Below are positions 41,499 to 54,200 of a stretch of 64,000 nucleotides of DNA, in pieces. The stretch comes from Tubiluchus corallicola. Taxonomy: Eukaryota; Animalia; Priapulida. The notes beneath the pieces are model-generated. The model made no database searches. It worked only from the letters and a program-made list of their open reading frames with translations, and was not told the DNA's origin. The DNA is taken from contig JAQGDQ010000200.1 in the NCBI GenBank assembly GCA_030141605.1, forward strand, positions 248,001 to 312,000, in the 5' to 3' direction. The first letter of the stretch is position 1, and every line of letters begins with the position of its first letter. A program made the translations under genes and the position numbers.

Positions 41499-44400
41499 AG
41501 AATTCCATTTCTCTTATAATTGGAAAATACTTATATATCGGAAAATTCTGTTACAATACTTTAAATTGGAAAAACGTTTACTTGTGCTGTAAGTTTCAAT
41601 AAATTAACTCGAACAAAGTAAAACTAAACTATGCATCTCAGAAGTTCTTGAAATGTTTGCACGTTTACATAATATGACACAACTTAAAAATATTTTCGTA
41701 CCTGTTCCAATTTTTTGTCACACACAAACTTTGTCGTACACTGTCAAGCAAAAGGTGCAGACCACGCCCGCTGTCGTCTTTTATACCTTCTTTTCTCGCG
41801 TGATCAGTCAGGTAACGGAAAAATAACAGATACCTGTGTATCATCTATTAGCTTAAAAACAGGTAACAACTACCATAATGACAGATAGTTGTTGTGCAAT
41901 TAGAGAGCGGCCACATCATGAATCACAATCCCTCACAAAAACTTGAAGGTTAAATGCACTGAAAAATGTATTTTGGTACCTGGGGAAAAAGGATGCATTC
42001 TGAGACTATCTTTGACTTGTCTATCAAAGATACATCTTTGATAAGTTTGATTAATGTCCAAAAATGTGTTTAATTGTCCCAGCCAAATTTCTTGCTTTTT
42101 TAGCTCATTAGACAGTAATACTGCACCCTGTCAACAAGCATAATCTAACATTACCTTATTTTACATAAGTGAACTACATTAGCAACTTTAAAGCATGGTG
42201 ATTTGTGGTAGCAAAATTTCGGACCAAGTTTTTACCAGTTTAAAATTCTTCAGCTATATGTAAAAGTCGAAAAACCGAGACAACAAAAAACCAACGAAGA
42301 GGGGTTCAAAAATTCACGACACTAAAATACAGTCTGATAGTATCACACCCGAGCCACATGAGGTTTAAAGATTTCAAACAGAAAACTGCAGCAAAAGCTA
42401 TCTTTTCATCTTTCATTATTGTTAAATCCAAAAACGTGCCTGAGCAGATACAATAATTTTAGTCCTAAATGTTTTAGGCCTGATACTCCATTTAATTTTA
42501 CTATATCAGTATCATAGTAACAATTTTAGACAATATACAACTTCTCTATAACATTGAAGTCAACTTACAATAATGTATTGAATTATTTTGTCATGAAATT
42601 TGATCTTAGTTCTGTACTTTTTAATCTATATTGCACCAGTCGTTCAGACTAATACACATCTTCTGTTTTACATAGTGTTTGTCAGATTACATGTTTTGTT
42701 TTCGTGTCCAGTGACTGGGATGTGTGTATTTTTTTATTTGTAACAAATAAAATGATTTTGTACTACTAATGGAAACTACTCTTTATTCGTCTTTGTAACT
42801 ATGATTAATTCCCTCTTACAGCATACGACATGGGACGATTATAGGGTTATAGGTAAAAAATGAATCGTAAAATTAATGACAAATCTGAATCCCGCCCACG
42901 ATCTGACAGGCGTCTGCAGTCATAGGTGCCTCGTTTTCAATTAATTACATTGCACAGTAATTTGCAAGCAGAACATGCACAAAATTTTTGTATAATTCTT
43001 CAGTTTGGGGAGGCACAAAAACTCATGGCGGGTGGGCACAAAAATAAAAAACACAAAGCAAGTTTCACCACTGCGTTACTTTCACTGCCACAGTGACTCT
43101 GCAGTAAACCGTCATCTTGAAAACGTTTTCGAAGGCCCAGGGCAAAATGGTTAAAAAGTAATTTGTAAAAATGCGCCGACAACGCGACAATGTTATATAG
43201 CAATACTGTCACGATATTTTTCTTATTTTTTTAACATTGGAAGAATATCATCAGAATATTGCCTCCATATTCTTTAGTATTGAAAGAGCATTATTACTTT
43301 GTCAGCACGTTCAACGATATTTTTTAATGTTGAAAGAGCATTGTCTTGGAGACTCTGGTGCCAATGTGGGTAATACAAGCAGTCTTCTCTTCCTTTGTTT
43401 AAAAAATAATTTCGTTAAGTATTGTAACAAAAAGTGGAATAACTTGTTGGATAAAAAATTGCACTGCGGCAGATGTCGTGGACTGTCTGATCTTGGTGTT
43501 GAAATTATTGTAATTTTATTTAAATACCGGCAATATTAATTTTACGTTATCATTACAGTATTAGTGTTTCGGCGCAAAGTAAAAACACTGCGTTGATATT
43601 CCAGTAGGTAAAAGAGAGGTCCGCACAGCAAATATGGCGCTTAGGCTCAAAACAGCTTCATTATACAAGTAAGACTTAATGAACTATGCAGATTAATATT
43701 CCACTCTTTGGCACTCTATTTTTCAGTCTATTTCGAAATTTCATCTACATCAGATTTTCGTTTTTTTTGGTAATTTTGTGTTGCACTCTTGATTTCACAA
43801 ATAAAATTAACAAACACAGGTTGAAAACAAAGCTGAAATAATACTGAGAAAGAGTAAAGCTGCGTTAAATGAGAAAAAACGTCCTACCATGACTAATACT
43901 GTCATTATTTATTTTTCACTGACACGACCCCAGTTTGCCCCCTAAATACCCTTCATCAAATTAAGAAAAGTTACAAGGCTTATTCAGCTTTTTATTGGCT
44001 ACAAAGAGCCATATAAACACATATTTAAGTCATTTTAACGACCCATTACCTACTTTGACAACTGCATGGCAACATAAGACATACAATACTAGAGGACACG
44101 TATACACGACATTTTGCAAATTTTTCCAAACATAACCCAAAACTGCTGATGGCAAGGCCATCTTCTTACCGCAAAATGTTAAAGGAAACAGAGATAAGCA
44201 TGTTCGCAAACGTAGTAGTTTTGCTAAGTACGTGTTACACCTACAACAACGTAACTAATGTCGATTATTTTAAAACTATTCCGCAGTGTCCGTTACATAA
44301 TTATTTGCAGAAAATGTGATTTAATTACAATAGTTTTACCAATGCAATGACAGCTAGTCTTACAACTAATTTAAAAGAAATAATCATGGCGATGATTTAT

Positions 44401-44556
44401 TGGACACACCTGCAAAACAATTGCCCAAAATAGAATGACTCGTGTAAATTACCTTTAGTGACGTATGACAGGTATATAATTGCAGTAAAGACATATATTA
44501 TGCCAATTGCTTATCTTCGGTCAGATTCATCTTCATGTGCTCAGTTGTTCTGGGTA

Positions 44557-44667
44557 AATGCCATGCAAATTACGACTATGGCTACGGCAAAATATCTACA
44601 GGCGTTTACATAAATGCCAAGCAATTACGACTACGACTACGGCAAAATATCTACAGGCGTTTACATA
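44557..44667. repeat. Two-copy ~55-bp direct tandem repeat
   Basis: aattacgacta.g.ctacggcaaaatatctacaggcgtttacat occurs twice in tandem. Confidence 0.85.
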
Positions 44668-46402
44668 TTATAAGTTTTTCTTATAACATGTCGCTTCGAA
44701 AACTATTCAATGAGTTATAAGCAGCATCAGAAACTTATGTTACATTATATTAAAATTGAAATTATAAAATTATTAAAAAGTGAAATAAGGACTTTGAAGT
44801 TAATATGTCCAATACTTCAATTGTCTATTAATTATCATAATTTAAAGGCAATAAAAGCTAGTAAAAGTTGACATTTTGCTTAAAAGAGTAAAGGTGTACA
44901 AAATATAAATAGTAATTTAAAAAATTCTTTACATCATAAAAAAATTATAATTGTAATATACAAATACCTGTACACATGCTTGGGTAAAAACAGGAACGTT
45001 ACGCCGAGGTTAAATATTGCCGCATTCGTTTTGTTAAAAACACATTTGCTTTAGTTAATTGATCGGATCAAATATTATGTTTGGAACATAATATTGTCTA
45101 TTTTGATGTATTACGCAGAAAAGCCTGTATTATATATTTTACTGAGATGTAGATTTTTAAAAGGTAACAATGTTATTATGAAGAAAATTGTGCGTAATGA
45201 TGCCAACCAGAGTATTGTCTATTTCAGTATAATATCGATTGCTTACGTATAAATTTGCGTACTACTATTACTTGCTAACGTATTCATAATATAATATAAT
45301 AACGTATAGCATATTTAATCGACTTTTAGGGCATGCTTAGCTTTATATTTTCTTAAAATTTAATTATTTTAGTTTATTTTGGTGGCACTAATAAATAAAT
45401 AGAACAAATATTTTAGTTTAATTTGTGTATATCTTCTTTGCGTATTTATTTTTATGGTCATCATGTTTGGATTAAGGAACAAAATAAAATAAATAAGAAA
45501 TAAACTGAAGTTATTTGTTATAATGCTTGCGTCATTTTTTCGTTTATTGTATAAAACGTATAATAAACACGTTTTGGTATGAGCGCCTCCTGTCAACTCA
45601 TAATCGTTCCCAGTCTTTTTATAACCACTTCTTGTGCACTTAACCCAACGTTTATTTCTACATTTGTTAGCGTTTTTGCTTTCTTCAGATGTAAATAGCT
45701 TAAAATGTGTCAGGTTCCCGACGCCCTTCAAGGTACCATGTTTCTGAACTTTGTAAACTTAATCACTGGCGAATGAGCGAGGTCTATGCAATCTGTGCCG
45801 AGGCATATATGCGCGTGAGCCCACGTAGTATTTTAATTTCAACCGTCCCGTCACGAAACGTCCATATCTTAGTGAAGATCGTTTGATATTATCATTCCAA
45901 TTCTTAGTTTTCAGTATTACTCATTATTACTACAACAATTTCTACAAAACACACTTTCACTAAGAATCAATCTAGTAACATGTTTAAAATTCAACTGTTC
46001 ATTATTAATTCCAATGATTATTAACGTTAACAGCCCTCTCTGTCTAAACTTTATAAGAACCACCTACATGTATAATTCGACACCTCGCTACATACTTTCT
46101 CCTAGCACGCGTTATAGGGCCTACTTAACTACATCTCGTCATGCTCCTCATGCTAAATAATAAATAATTCTGCTTAGTATTAATTACATGTAACTAAAAT
46201 CGGGGTTCTAACTCATTGCTTTTTAACCTCCGCCTAAATTTAATTGATTTTAAATTATAGATAAAAGCTACCGCTATGAAAAAAGGAAGAGTAGAATAAG
46301 TTTAAATTAAATTTAATAAACGCACTTTAAAAGTATTATTAGCAGGCTAGCATTAATTCAATAAATCACCTGGAACAACGTACAGCTCACTATATAATTT
46401 TG

Positions 46403-46482
46403 TAGTTAATTTTTCCATGAAATTTATTTTTGTTTCATAGTGTACTATGAAATAAAAATAAATTTCATAGAAAAATTAACTA
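46403..46482. repeat. 80-bp near-perfect AT-rich palindrome
   Basis: tagttaatttttccatgaaatttatttttgtttcatagt-gt-actatgaaataaaaataaatttcatagaaaaattaacta. Confidence 0.85.
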
Positions 46483-48265
46483 TTTTATTTAACGTCAAAA
46501 TTTGACAAAATTACAAAAAAGAAAAGCTATACATAACGTTAACCACTTACAAGGTAGTGAAACACTAATTAACAAAAACCAGCTTTAAGAAATTAAGGCT
46601 TTCAATTTATCAAACACGCAGGTAAACATAAACAAGTAAAAACACCTCAAGGTGAAGTAAAAAAAAGTTGCAAGCGAAAAGCGGTAATTACATACCTGTC
46701 AAAATTCACTCGTGTGGCAATGTACGTATGTGGTTTACAAAAAAGTTCTGGGGGTTACAGTTTGGCCAAAGTAGTATGGCCGAGCATAAAATGTAACATA
46801 TTTCGACATACTTTTCATTTGCTTTTTTTGGATTTGAACCAAGGACTGAGGGACACTAGATCACGGTACAACTCTAATAGCTGAACCATTCCCATATTTC
46901 CAAGTGTTAGTTTTATTTAGATAATATTTTAAGAGTAATTATTGACTATCAACTTACAATCAAACTTGACTGAAAGAAACAAAATGTTAAAAAATCGCCC
47001 TGAATCTGGATTTGAACTGGGACAATTCAATTACAAGTCCAATGCTATGACTACAACGCGAAGTCCTTTGTGGCAGGTTTTAATTCAATCCTTATAGCTT
47101 ACCAAACAATCAACATTTCCAATTATCAGTCAATTCATGCTACAGTTATTAATAATAGTATTAGGTTTATTGTAAAAAATTGCATTCTGTAATGATCAGC
47201 GGGTAATTAGTTAATTGATTTGAACTGAAAGTAAGATTATATAAAATAACAGAAGAAAACAAAGACGCACCTAAAATGCCCCCTGCCCATTATAATAATC
47301 AATTAAAATCAATACATTTCACTGAAAATGATAACCTACAAGTATTGCTGCTTCAAAATCACTTGATGCATTTACTCTGGTAAATTACCATTGAACAAGC
47401 AGTACTCTAGTAACAAAGAGAAAGGCTATAAGCAAACACTGTCAGTTTTACACTGGATCAGTAACATTAGTTTAGTCCCATCTTGCGGCCTTTGGCACCA
47501 GGCAAGACGTTAATTAACTGCAAGCGAATAAGCTAAATATGGATTCTATTGTTACTAGAGAAGATTAGAAGACAAAGATTTTTCTTTTGTGAGACCCCTG
47601 GTCTGAACAAGACACTATACTGAATGGCAGTGCTCAGTGATCATGGCTGCATGATGCTTTGTAATTTGCATATTATACATATAGTGTAAATAATGTATCA
47701 AAAACTAGTGACAAAAACAAAAACAATAATGGATTTCATTATAAATTTCTTTTTATTAAATATGTTTTTTGCAATTACTTGATTATACATAGCAATTGCC
47801 CAACTATGAAAATTCTTATTCATATATTACAAAATGGATCATTGCTATCTGCTACAGTAAAATTCTTTACAAATTACAATATTAATAGTTGGTAAGCTTT
47901 TCAGAATTTCCTAAAATACAACAGCCCTAGTTCTCACAGTTTAAAAATTGGAATCACATGATACTGATATTAAAATCACTGACAAATGACATAATCAATA
48001 AATCAATAAATAGTATTTTGTACAGTGTACATTCACAAAAACCACTTTATTCTGCAAACTGCATTACCCCATTTAGGTTTCCAGTCAGCAACATCTGACT
48101 CAGATCTATGTAGAAACAGACTAATCGCTGATCGAAAAGTCTCTAATCACCGATTGATAAATCTAATCTCCAGGAGCCTCTCAAAACGATTGCTTCTCTT
48201 TTTACTCTGAAAACACACATTGGTATTTGGTGTTTTCTGGTTTAGTGTTGATTTAAGGTTCTGGT

Positions 48266-51200
48266 CTAAGAATAGTGTTGATTTATGGCTCTACCAATCA
48301 CTAGCCTTCTTACTTCACTTGTTCCAGCCCCAATTTCATAGAGTTTAGCATCACGCACAAGTCGTCCAGTTGGATAATCATTGATGTAGCCATTACCACC
48401 TGAAATAGGACAAGACAATTGGTTTAAAACGGTCTAATATTATATAATAATTATTGCACAACATTCAAACAAGCATATTAATGCAGCAAGCTTATTATTG
48501 TTAACATCTTCAGAAAAAACTTCACAATTGTTCAGGTTTATTTCTGATACATACACTAAGTTTTTTTTAACACTGTTGACATAGTGTAGTACCAAACTTA
48601 GACAAACAAACTGTTTTTACAAGTTAGTACATTTAAGGTGATATTGCTAATGCCAAATTTGAAATCTATGAGCATTTAGGTTAAATTCATAGGGATGTGT
48701 TATAGTGTTTCAATGCATAATTCAATTGAGCTACATATGTCATTCAGTAAGATTGGTTTTTAATTTTGCATAGCATAGACTATATGAGACGAGTTTATTC
48801 CTACAGATATGATTCACTTATCCGATTTCATTTCGTCAAATTTGACTGCACAGACATGTGCTAGCTAGCGCATAACTAACAAGCACAATTAAAACAAGAT
48901 GTCTACATCGAGTTAGTTTCGACAACAGCGATGTACTAACTGGCACTAACAATTTTCTCATAAAAATTGGTTAGTAATCTAGGTGTAAAACAGGCAAGGA
49001 TCAAATGACTAGAAAGCATAGCTTACACTGTAAGAAGATAGAACTGATACTATAATTTTGTAGTTACACAGTTAACTAACATACACTGGCAATACTGATA
49101 CAAAAATGAATATAATATCTCTACCTAAAGCCTGCAAAGCTTGCAAGCAAACTTGTGTAGCTGCTTCTGCGGCATAGAGTATAACTCCAGCACAATCTTT
49201 GTTATTTATATGACCTTTATCAGCTGCTCGTGCAACATTATAGACGTACGACCGTGTAGCATTTAAGGTCGTATACATGTCCGCCATTTTTCCCTGCATC
49301 AACTGTAACACAAGTGACTTGAAAAAATTTACAACAGAAAATACAAGTCTATTTTACATTTGTAAGGCAATGCTTCACTAAATGGTTTATTGTGTAACAG
49401 ATTTTTTTATTTATACTTTGGCGGGAAAGCTGAAGTTCTAGTGCATCAATAGTAATACAGTAGTCGCCGCTTAATAGACTCGCGGTTGATAGACTCAATC
49501 GCCTAATTGACTCAAAAACGCCTGGAACGGGCCACTTCTATTCAAATACACGTAAAAACTATTGGCAAGTGACTCAAATAACTTTGCTTAATTGACAATA
49601 TTATTCCTTCACGTACTTAAAATAAGACATTTGTATGTGCCCAAACAGCCTTTCTTACTTTTATGTCATCTTTACTTCCCTTTTGTGCATTACATATGTA
49701 GAAACAATCATGTTAAGTGCCATTTTGTTTGTAAACAGGTACGTTTATCATGCGCTAATATTCTACCATAGCAGTTTTGCTTTAAATCTGTTACCCGTTT
49801 GCCCACTGCAATTAACCTTGTTACTCGGCACCACCAACTGCAGATCAAGCATGCCAAGTGCTAAATGTTTTACACACACGAGAACTTTGTGAGTGAACTT
49901 CTTCGAGAGAAAATGAAGCAGCCAACTTTGAAGGAATTTTTGTAATTTTTGCAAATAAACAGACTTGTGTGATTTAGAAAAATATACCTTTTAATTTATT
50001 ATTAATTCACTTCCCGTATTTTCCCGTGTATAAGAGACCCTTTTTTGCTCAGAATTTTCACTTTAAAAATAGGGGGTCTCTTATACATGGGAGTAAGTCT
50101 TTTCAATAAGATGCATAAATTGTGGCACTAATGATTTTAAAGAAATAAGTGCTCTACAACTGTTTTGCGTGTGGCGTTCGACTATGAAGCGGTTGTAAGC
50201 AATACAGGCATCGTGACACAGGCATTATCTCCTCGTTTTCTCTTTTCCTGTTACAGGTTTGCAGGTACGCACTTTAATATATACCAGTACTCTTTTTCTA
50301 CAACACATTAACTGGTTTTATTTTGTTTTCAGTACCGCACTGAGTTGAAAAAAGTTGTACTTTACCCTCTAAAAATGTCCGTCTGAAAAAACTTTTTTCC
50401 AGAATTTTTGCCTAAAAATTGAAGGGGTCTCTTATACACAAGGGTCTCTTATACACGGGAAAATACGGTATATAAATTAATATTTTAAAATATTTTTTCT
50501 AATCTTTAACCGCACAAAGAAATTTAGGCATTACTCGTTTCTAAAATGATTAAAAACCTTTGCAGTGCATAGTAAGCTGATGACTCATACTTCTATAACA
50601 GTAATACAACAATCACTGGTTAATAGGTTCAATCAGTTAATTGGGTCACAACACGTCAGTCCCAAAGTGAGTCTATTAAGTGGCGCCTACTGTACTATAA
50701 TACAGCAAGTGTTGCTGTCAGTAATTTATAAAGAATATATATCATAAAAAATCCTAGTAAACATGCTAAACATACTAGGTAAAGTACATTTATTGTCACA
50801 GCTTAATTTTCTGATATATTTGAATTGTATTTTGAAATACAGATGGCAGCTGAAAAGAGTTACCTGAAAAGTGCCAATTTTTTGACCAAATTGTTCCCTC
50901 TGATGGCAGTATTCAAAAGCGACATCACAAGCAGCTTGCATTAAACTGAAGAAAAAAATAACAGCATTTTTTTTCAAAATTTCATATCTAGCTAGTATGG
51001 CAGCATTAAAGCAAAGCAATCAAATTCAATATAATTTTAAGCTCCAGAAAATACATGTATCAGCCTGGGTTCAAAATCTGATTTTTAGATAATACTACAC
51101 AAACTAAGGGTGTAGACTACATCTCTATCTCTCGTACAATACTAAGGACTTAATAACCGCTGTTAGTTTGTACAGTTCCTCTAAGACTGATCTGAGAGAA

Positions 51201-54200
51201 TACACCTGTTAACCAGAAAACAAAAATATTATTAGAGCTTGACTGTTATAAATCAATAAGCAATTTTTACCCTATCGGTCCAGCAGATAAGACTAGCCGC
51301 TCTATATCCAGTCCAGTCATCAAAACATACACTCCTTTATTTGTTGGTCCGAGCAACTGAGATGCTAGAATTTGAATACATTTGTATTCGTATTCAACTT
51401 TTTAGAGATGTTAGTAATTTTATCTTTGCATATAATACAAAATGGTTAGTTCCAAGATGTTATACAAGAAATGCAACTTCACCTGCAAAAATTATGCCAA
51501 AAAATTCAATAAAAAGATTAAAGTTTCCCAAATCACATTTCCACACAGCATTGCGGTTAGATAAAATTCCATTAATCAGGTGCTGGTAGTACTGAAACTT
51601 TAAAATCCAATGTCTAATGCTACTGACATAACAAAAAATTGTTACTGTCTCTATCTACATGCGTAACCAACATATTTTTTACTATTTTTTTAGTCTACAG
51701 AAAAAATGTTGGAGGAGTGGAAAAACCATTACGAAATGACTCAATCCAATTTGAAAATCTCACCTACCTTGTGTGCTCTCTTTCTACACCAGTTGCCGAC
51801 ACTAATCCTATGTACCGTTTTTTGCTTATCTATCTTATTCTTTCAGAATTTCGTGGATTTAAACTGCCACAAAACACGTTTTCTTTGCTTTTCCCTAATT
51901 TGTATGCTTAAAGTTATGGAATACAAAACTACTTACGTCACGATGGTAGCTGCAAAGCACGCATAGTTACACTGCCTATTGTACGTCCATACTTTCAAAT
52001 ATAATTTAAAAACTCCTTGACTCCAGGAAATAACCAATCAAGCATAAAACAAAAAATGAAAGGAAAAAATATAAAAGCCACAAATCAGTACCTGTTTTGC
52101 ACTTTTAAATGTATCTGCATCAAGGAGTCACACCACTGGCTAAATTAGAAACCTCATCTAACATTCAGGATACAAATATTTTATACTAATACTCTTTCAC
52201 AATATGTTACGCGTAAACTTGTTACTATCCATTTTATTCAGAACAGTTAGCTGAAAATGAGACCCATTATATCATTACAAACATTAGACAGTTCTATACA
52301 TACACCTACACACATTTAAAGTCTTCAAAGCGTTTAAACTCAACACTATGAATGTCAAACCTACCCGACACACCCAGACGCTCCCAAGCCACGCTCCAAA
52401 TCTAGTCCTGACATAAGTATGTACACGCCCTTTCCCACTCCTCCAACTAGATTGGCAGCTATTTGCAATCCATGCAACAATAACAATTATTAGTATGGTT
52501 ATAAAGTTCAATGAGGAAAACAGATATTAAATAGTAAATAATATGTGTGCACATGCAAAGCCAGTCATATATTGAGTCATAAAAAATCATAAAAATTCAA
52601 AGCATCAAAATTTTTTTCAGTTAATTTATGTGGGAAGTAATTGGTTATTAAAACAATCAGTATTTAATACTTTTTGCAACAACAGGTGACAGAGTGTCAT
52701 GCAACAGCTATCTGCAGCAAGTTTTATGAATGCAAAGTTTTAAATGCTTTTTAGAAAGGTTAGGAAATCTAACCACAGTGATGCAAAAAATATGATTTAA
52801 GCTAGCTGCCGGAATGATCCAGTGACTATTTTGAACATAGATGTACATCACTTTTTTTGCAATTTCACTTTAGCTAAATGGTGAAACTATCAATTGTTCT
52901 GAAAACTGAAAGCACTTATTTAATCACATAATTTAAAACAACTGGCAATTTTTTTGTCTTACCTGGAACTTTACAATCTTCAAAAATTAATTCTCCAGTT
53001 GGAGACCCTCGCATTCCAAGTTTATCAAGCTTCTTTCCGATGCTAAAACCTTCAAAATCCTGCAGTGTATTAAACACAGTGCTTTTATTAAATGTGCTCA
53101 TTTAATTGCTCATGCGAAAAACACTCGAATTAAGTGTGCCAAAGTTACTCTCCCACCCAAAGCCACAGCTAAATATCAATACTAGGGATGGGACAAAAGT
53201 TTGCTACACAGGCAATTCGGGTTCCCAATTCAAAGCGTAGCTTCGATTCGGATCCGACCCAGTTTTACTTTACCTATTTCGGGCCTGATTTTGGTTCAGT
53301 AAAAAAAGGGCAAAACAGTCTTCCTAATTCGTGTTTACTTAGTTTAGGAGCAAATCCGTTGCCAACTAGTAAAATTTACGTAATTTCCCTTTTTACTGAT
53401 TAAGTCTCTAATAAAGGTTATATTTACGATGCGTTCCTCACCATGTTGACACCTTTAATGTAACTGCAAAGTTCTGTAAAAGTTGTGATCTATGGCAAAA
53501 ACTAAATCTGGACTAAGAAACTTGACTGTGTTTAGAAAGACCATCAAAACATCCAATACAACAAATCCTAATGTTGCAGTAATCCTAAGATGAAAAGCCT
53601 AACTGGCATTAATTAACAAGAAATGGCTATTGAAAATTGAAAGCAAATATAAGATTCAGAATCGGTTCGCTTTTAGAAACTGGAAAGATGTGAGATTCAG
53701 ATTAGCTTCAGCTTTGGAAAATCAAGTTTCGTCCCACCCCTAAACAATACCAGAACACTTTTCATTAAATAACAATGTTTTTCTCAACTCCTGTTGGATA
53801 AAGCCAAATACAAGATATTTTCTTAACAAATCAAAAAACATTCTGCTTTTGCTTTACAAATCACAGATCGCTTAATGTCTTCTAAATGTGAAAGTAGACT
53901 TACGCTATTTTGGAAAATGGCACAATTTATAAAATTGTATTTTCTTAAAAGCAAACGGGTGCCTTCAGGAAAAAGGCCATTCCCTAAATTTGCTACTTTA
54001 GATGTAGATTAAGTTAAAGTTAAATATAAGCATCAGGGCCTCCAATCCCAAAAATTCAGGACCCTTCCTGTGCCTTTTTCTTGGTGAAAGTGGGGATTGG
54101 AAATCTCAATCCCGGATAGTTCTGGATTTTTGGAATTGGCAATTGGTTAGTTGGGACTGGTGATTTTATTATTCAGAAGCTATATTCGGTTTATTCATTA

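Noticed and set aside
46825-47060. Two tRNA B-box-like fragments (ggatttgaacc / ggatttgaact)
   Set aside because: Too degenerate to fold as tRNA or to delimit as a SINE.
51937-51975. Possible third 39-nt mini-exon between IVD 7A and 7B (ag|gcagtg...gtgac|gtaagt)
   Set aside because: No polypyrimidine tract and no similarity to IVD sequence; likely chance.
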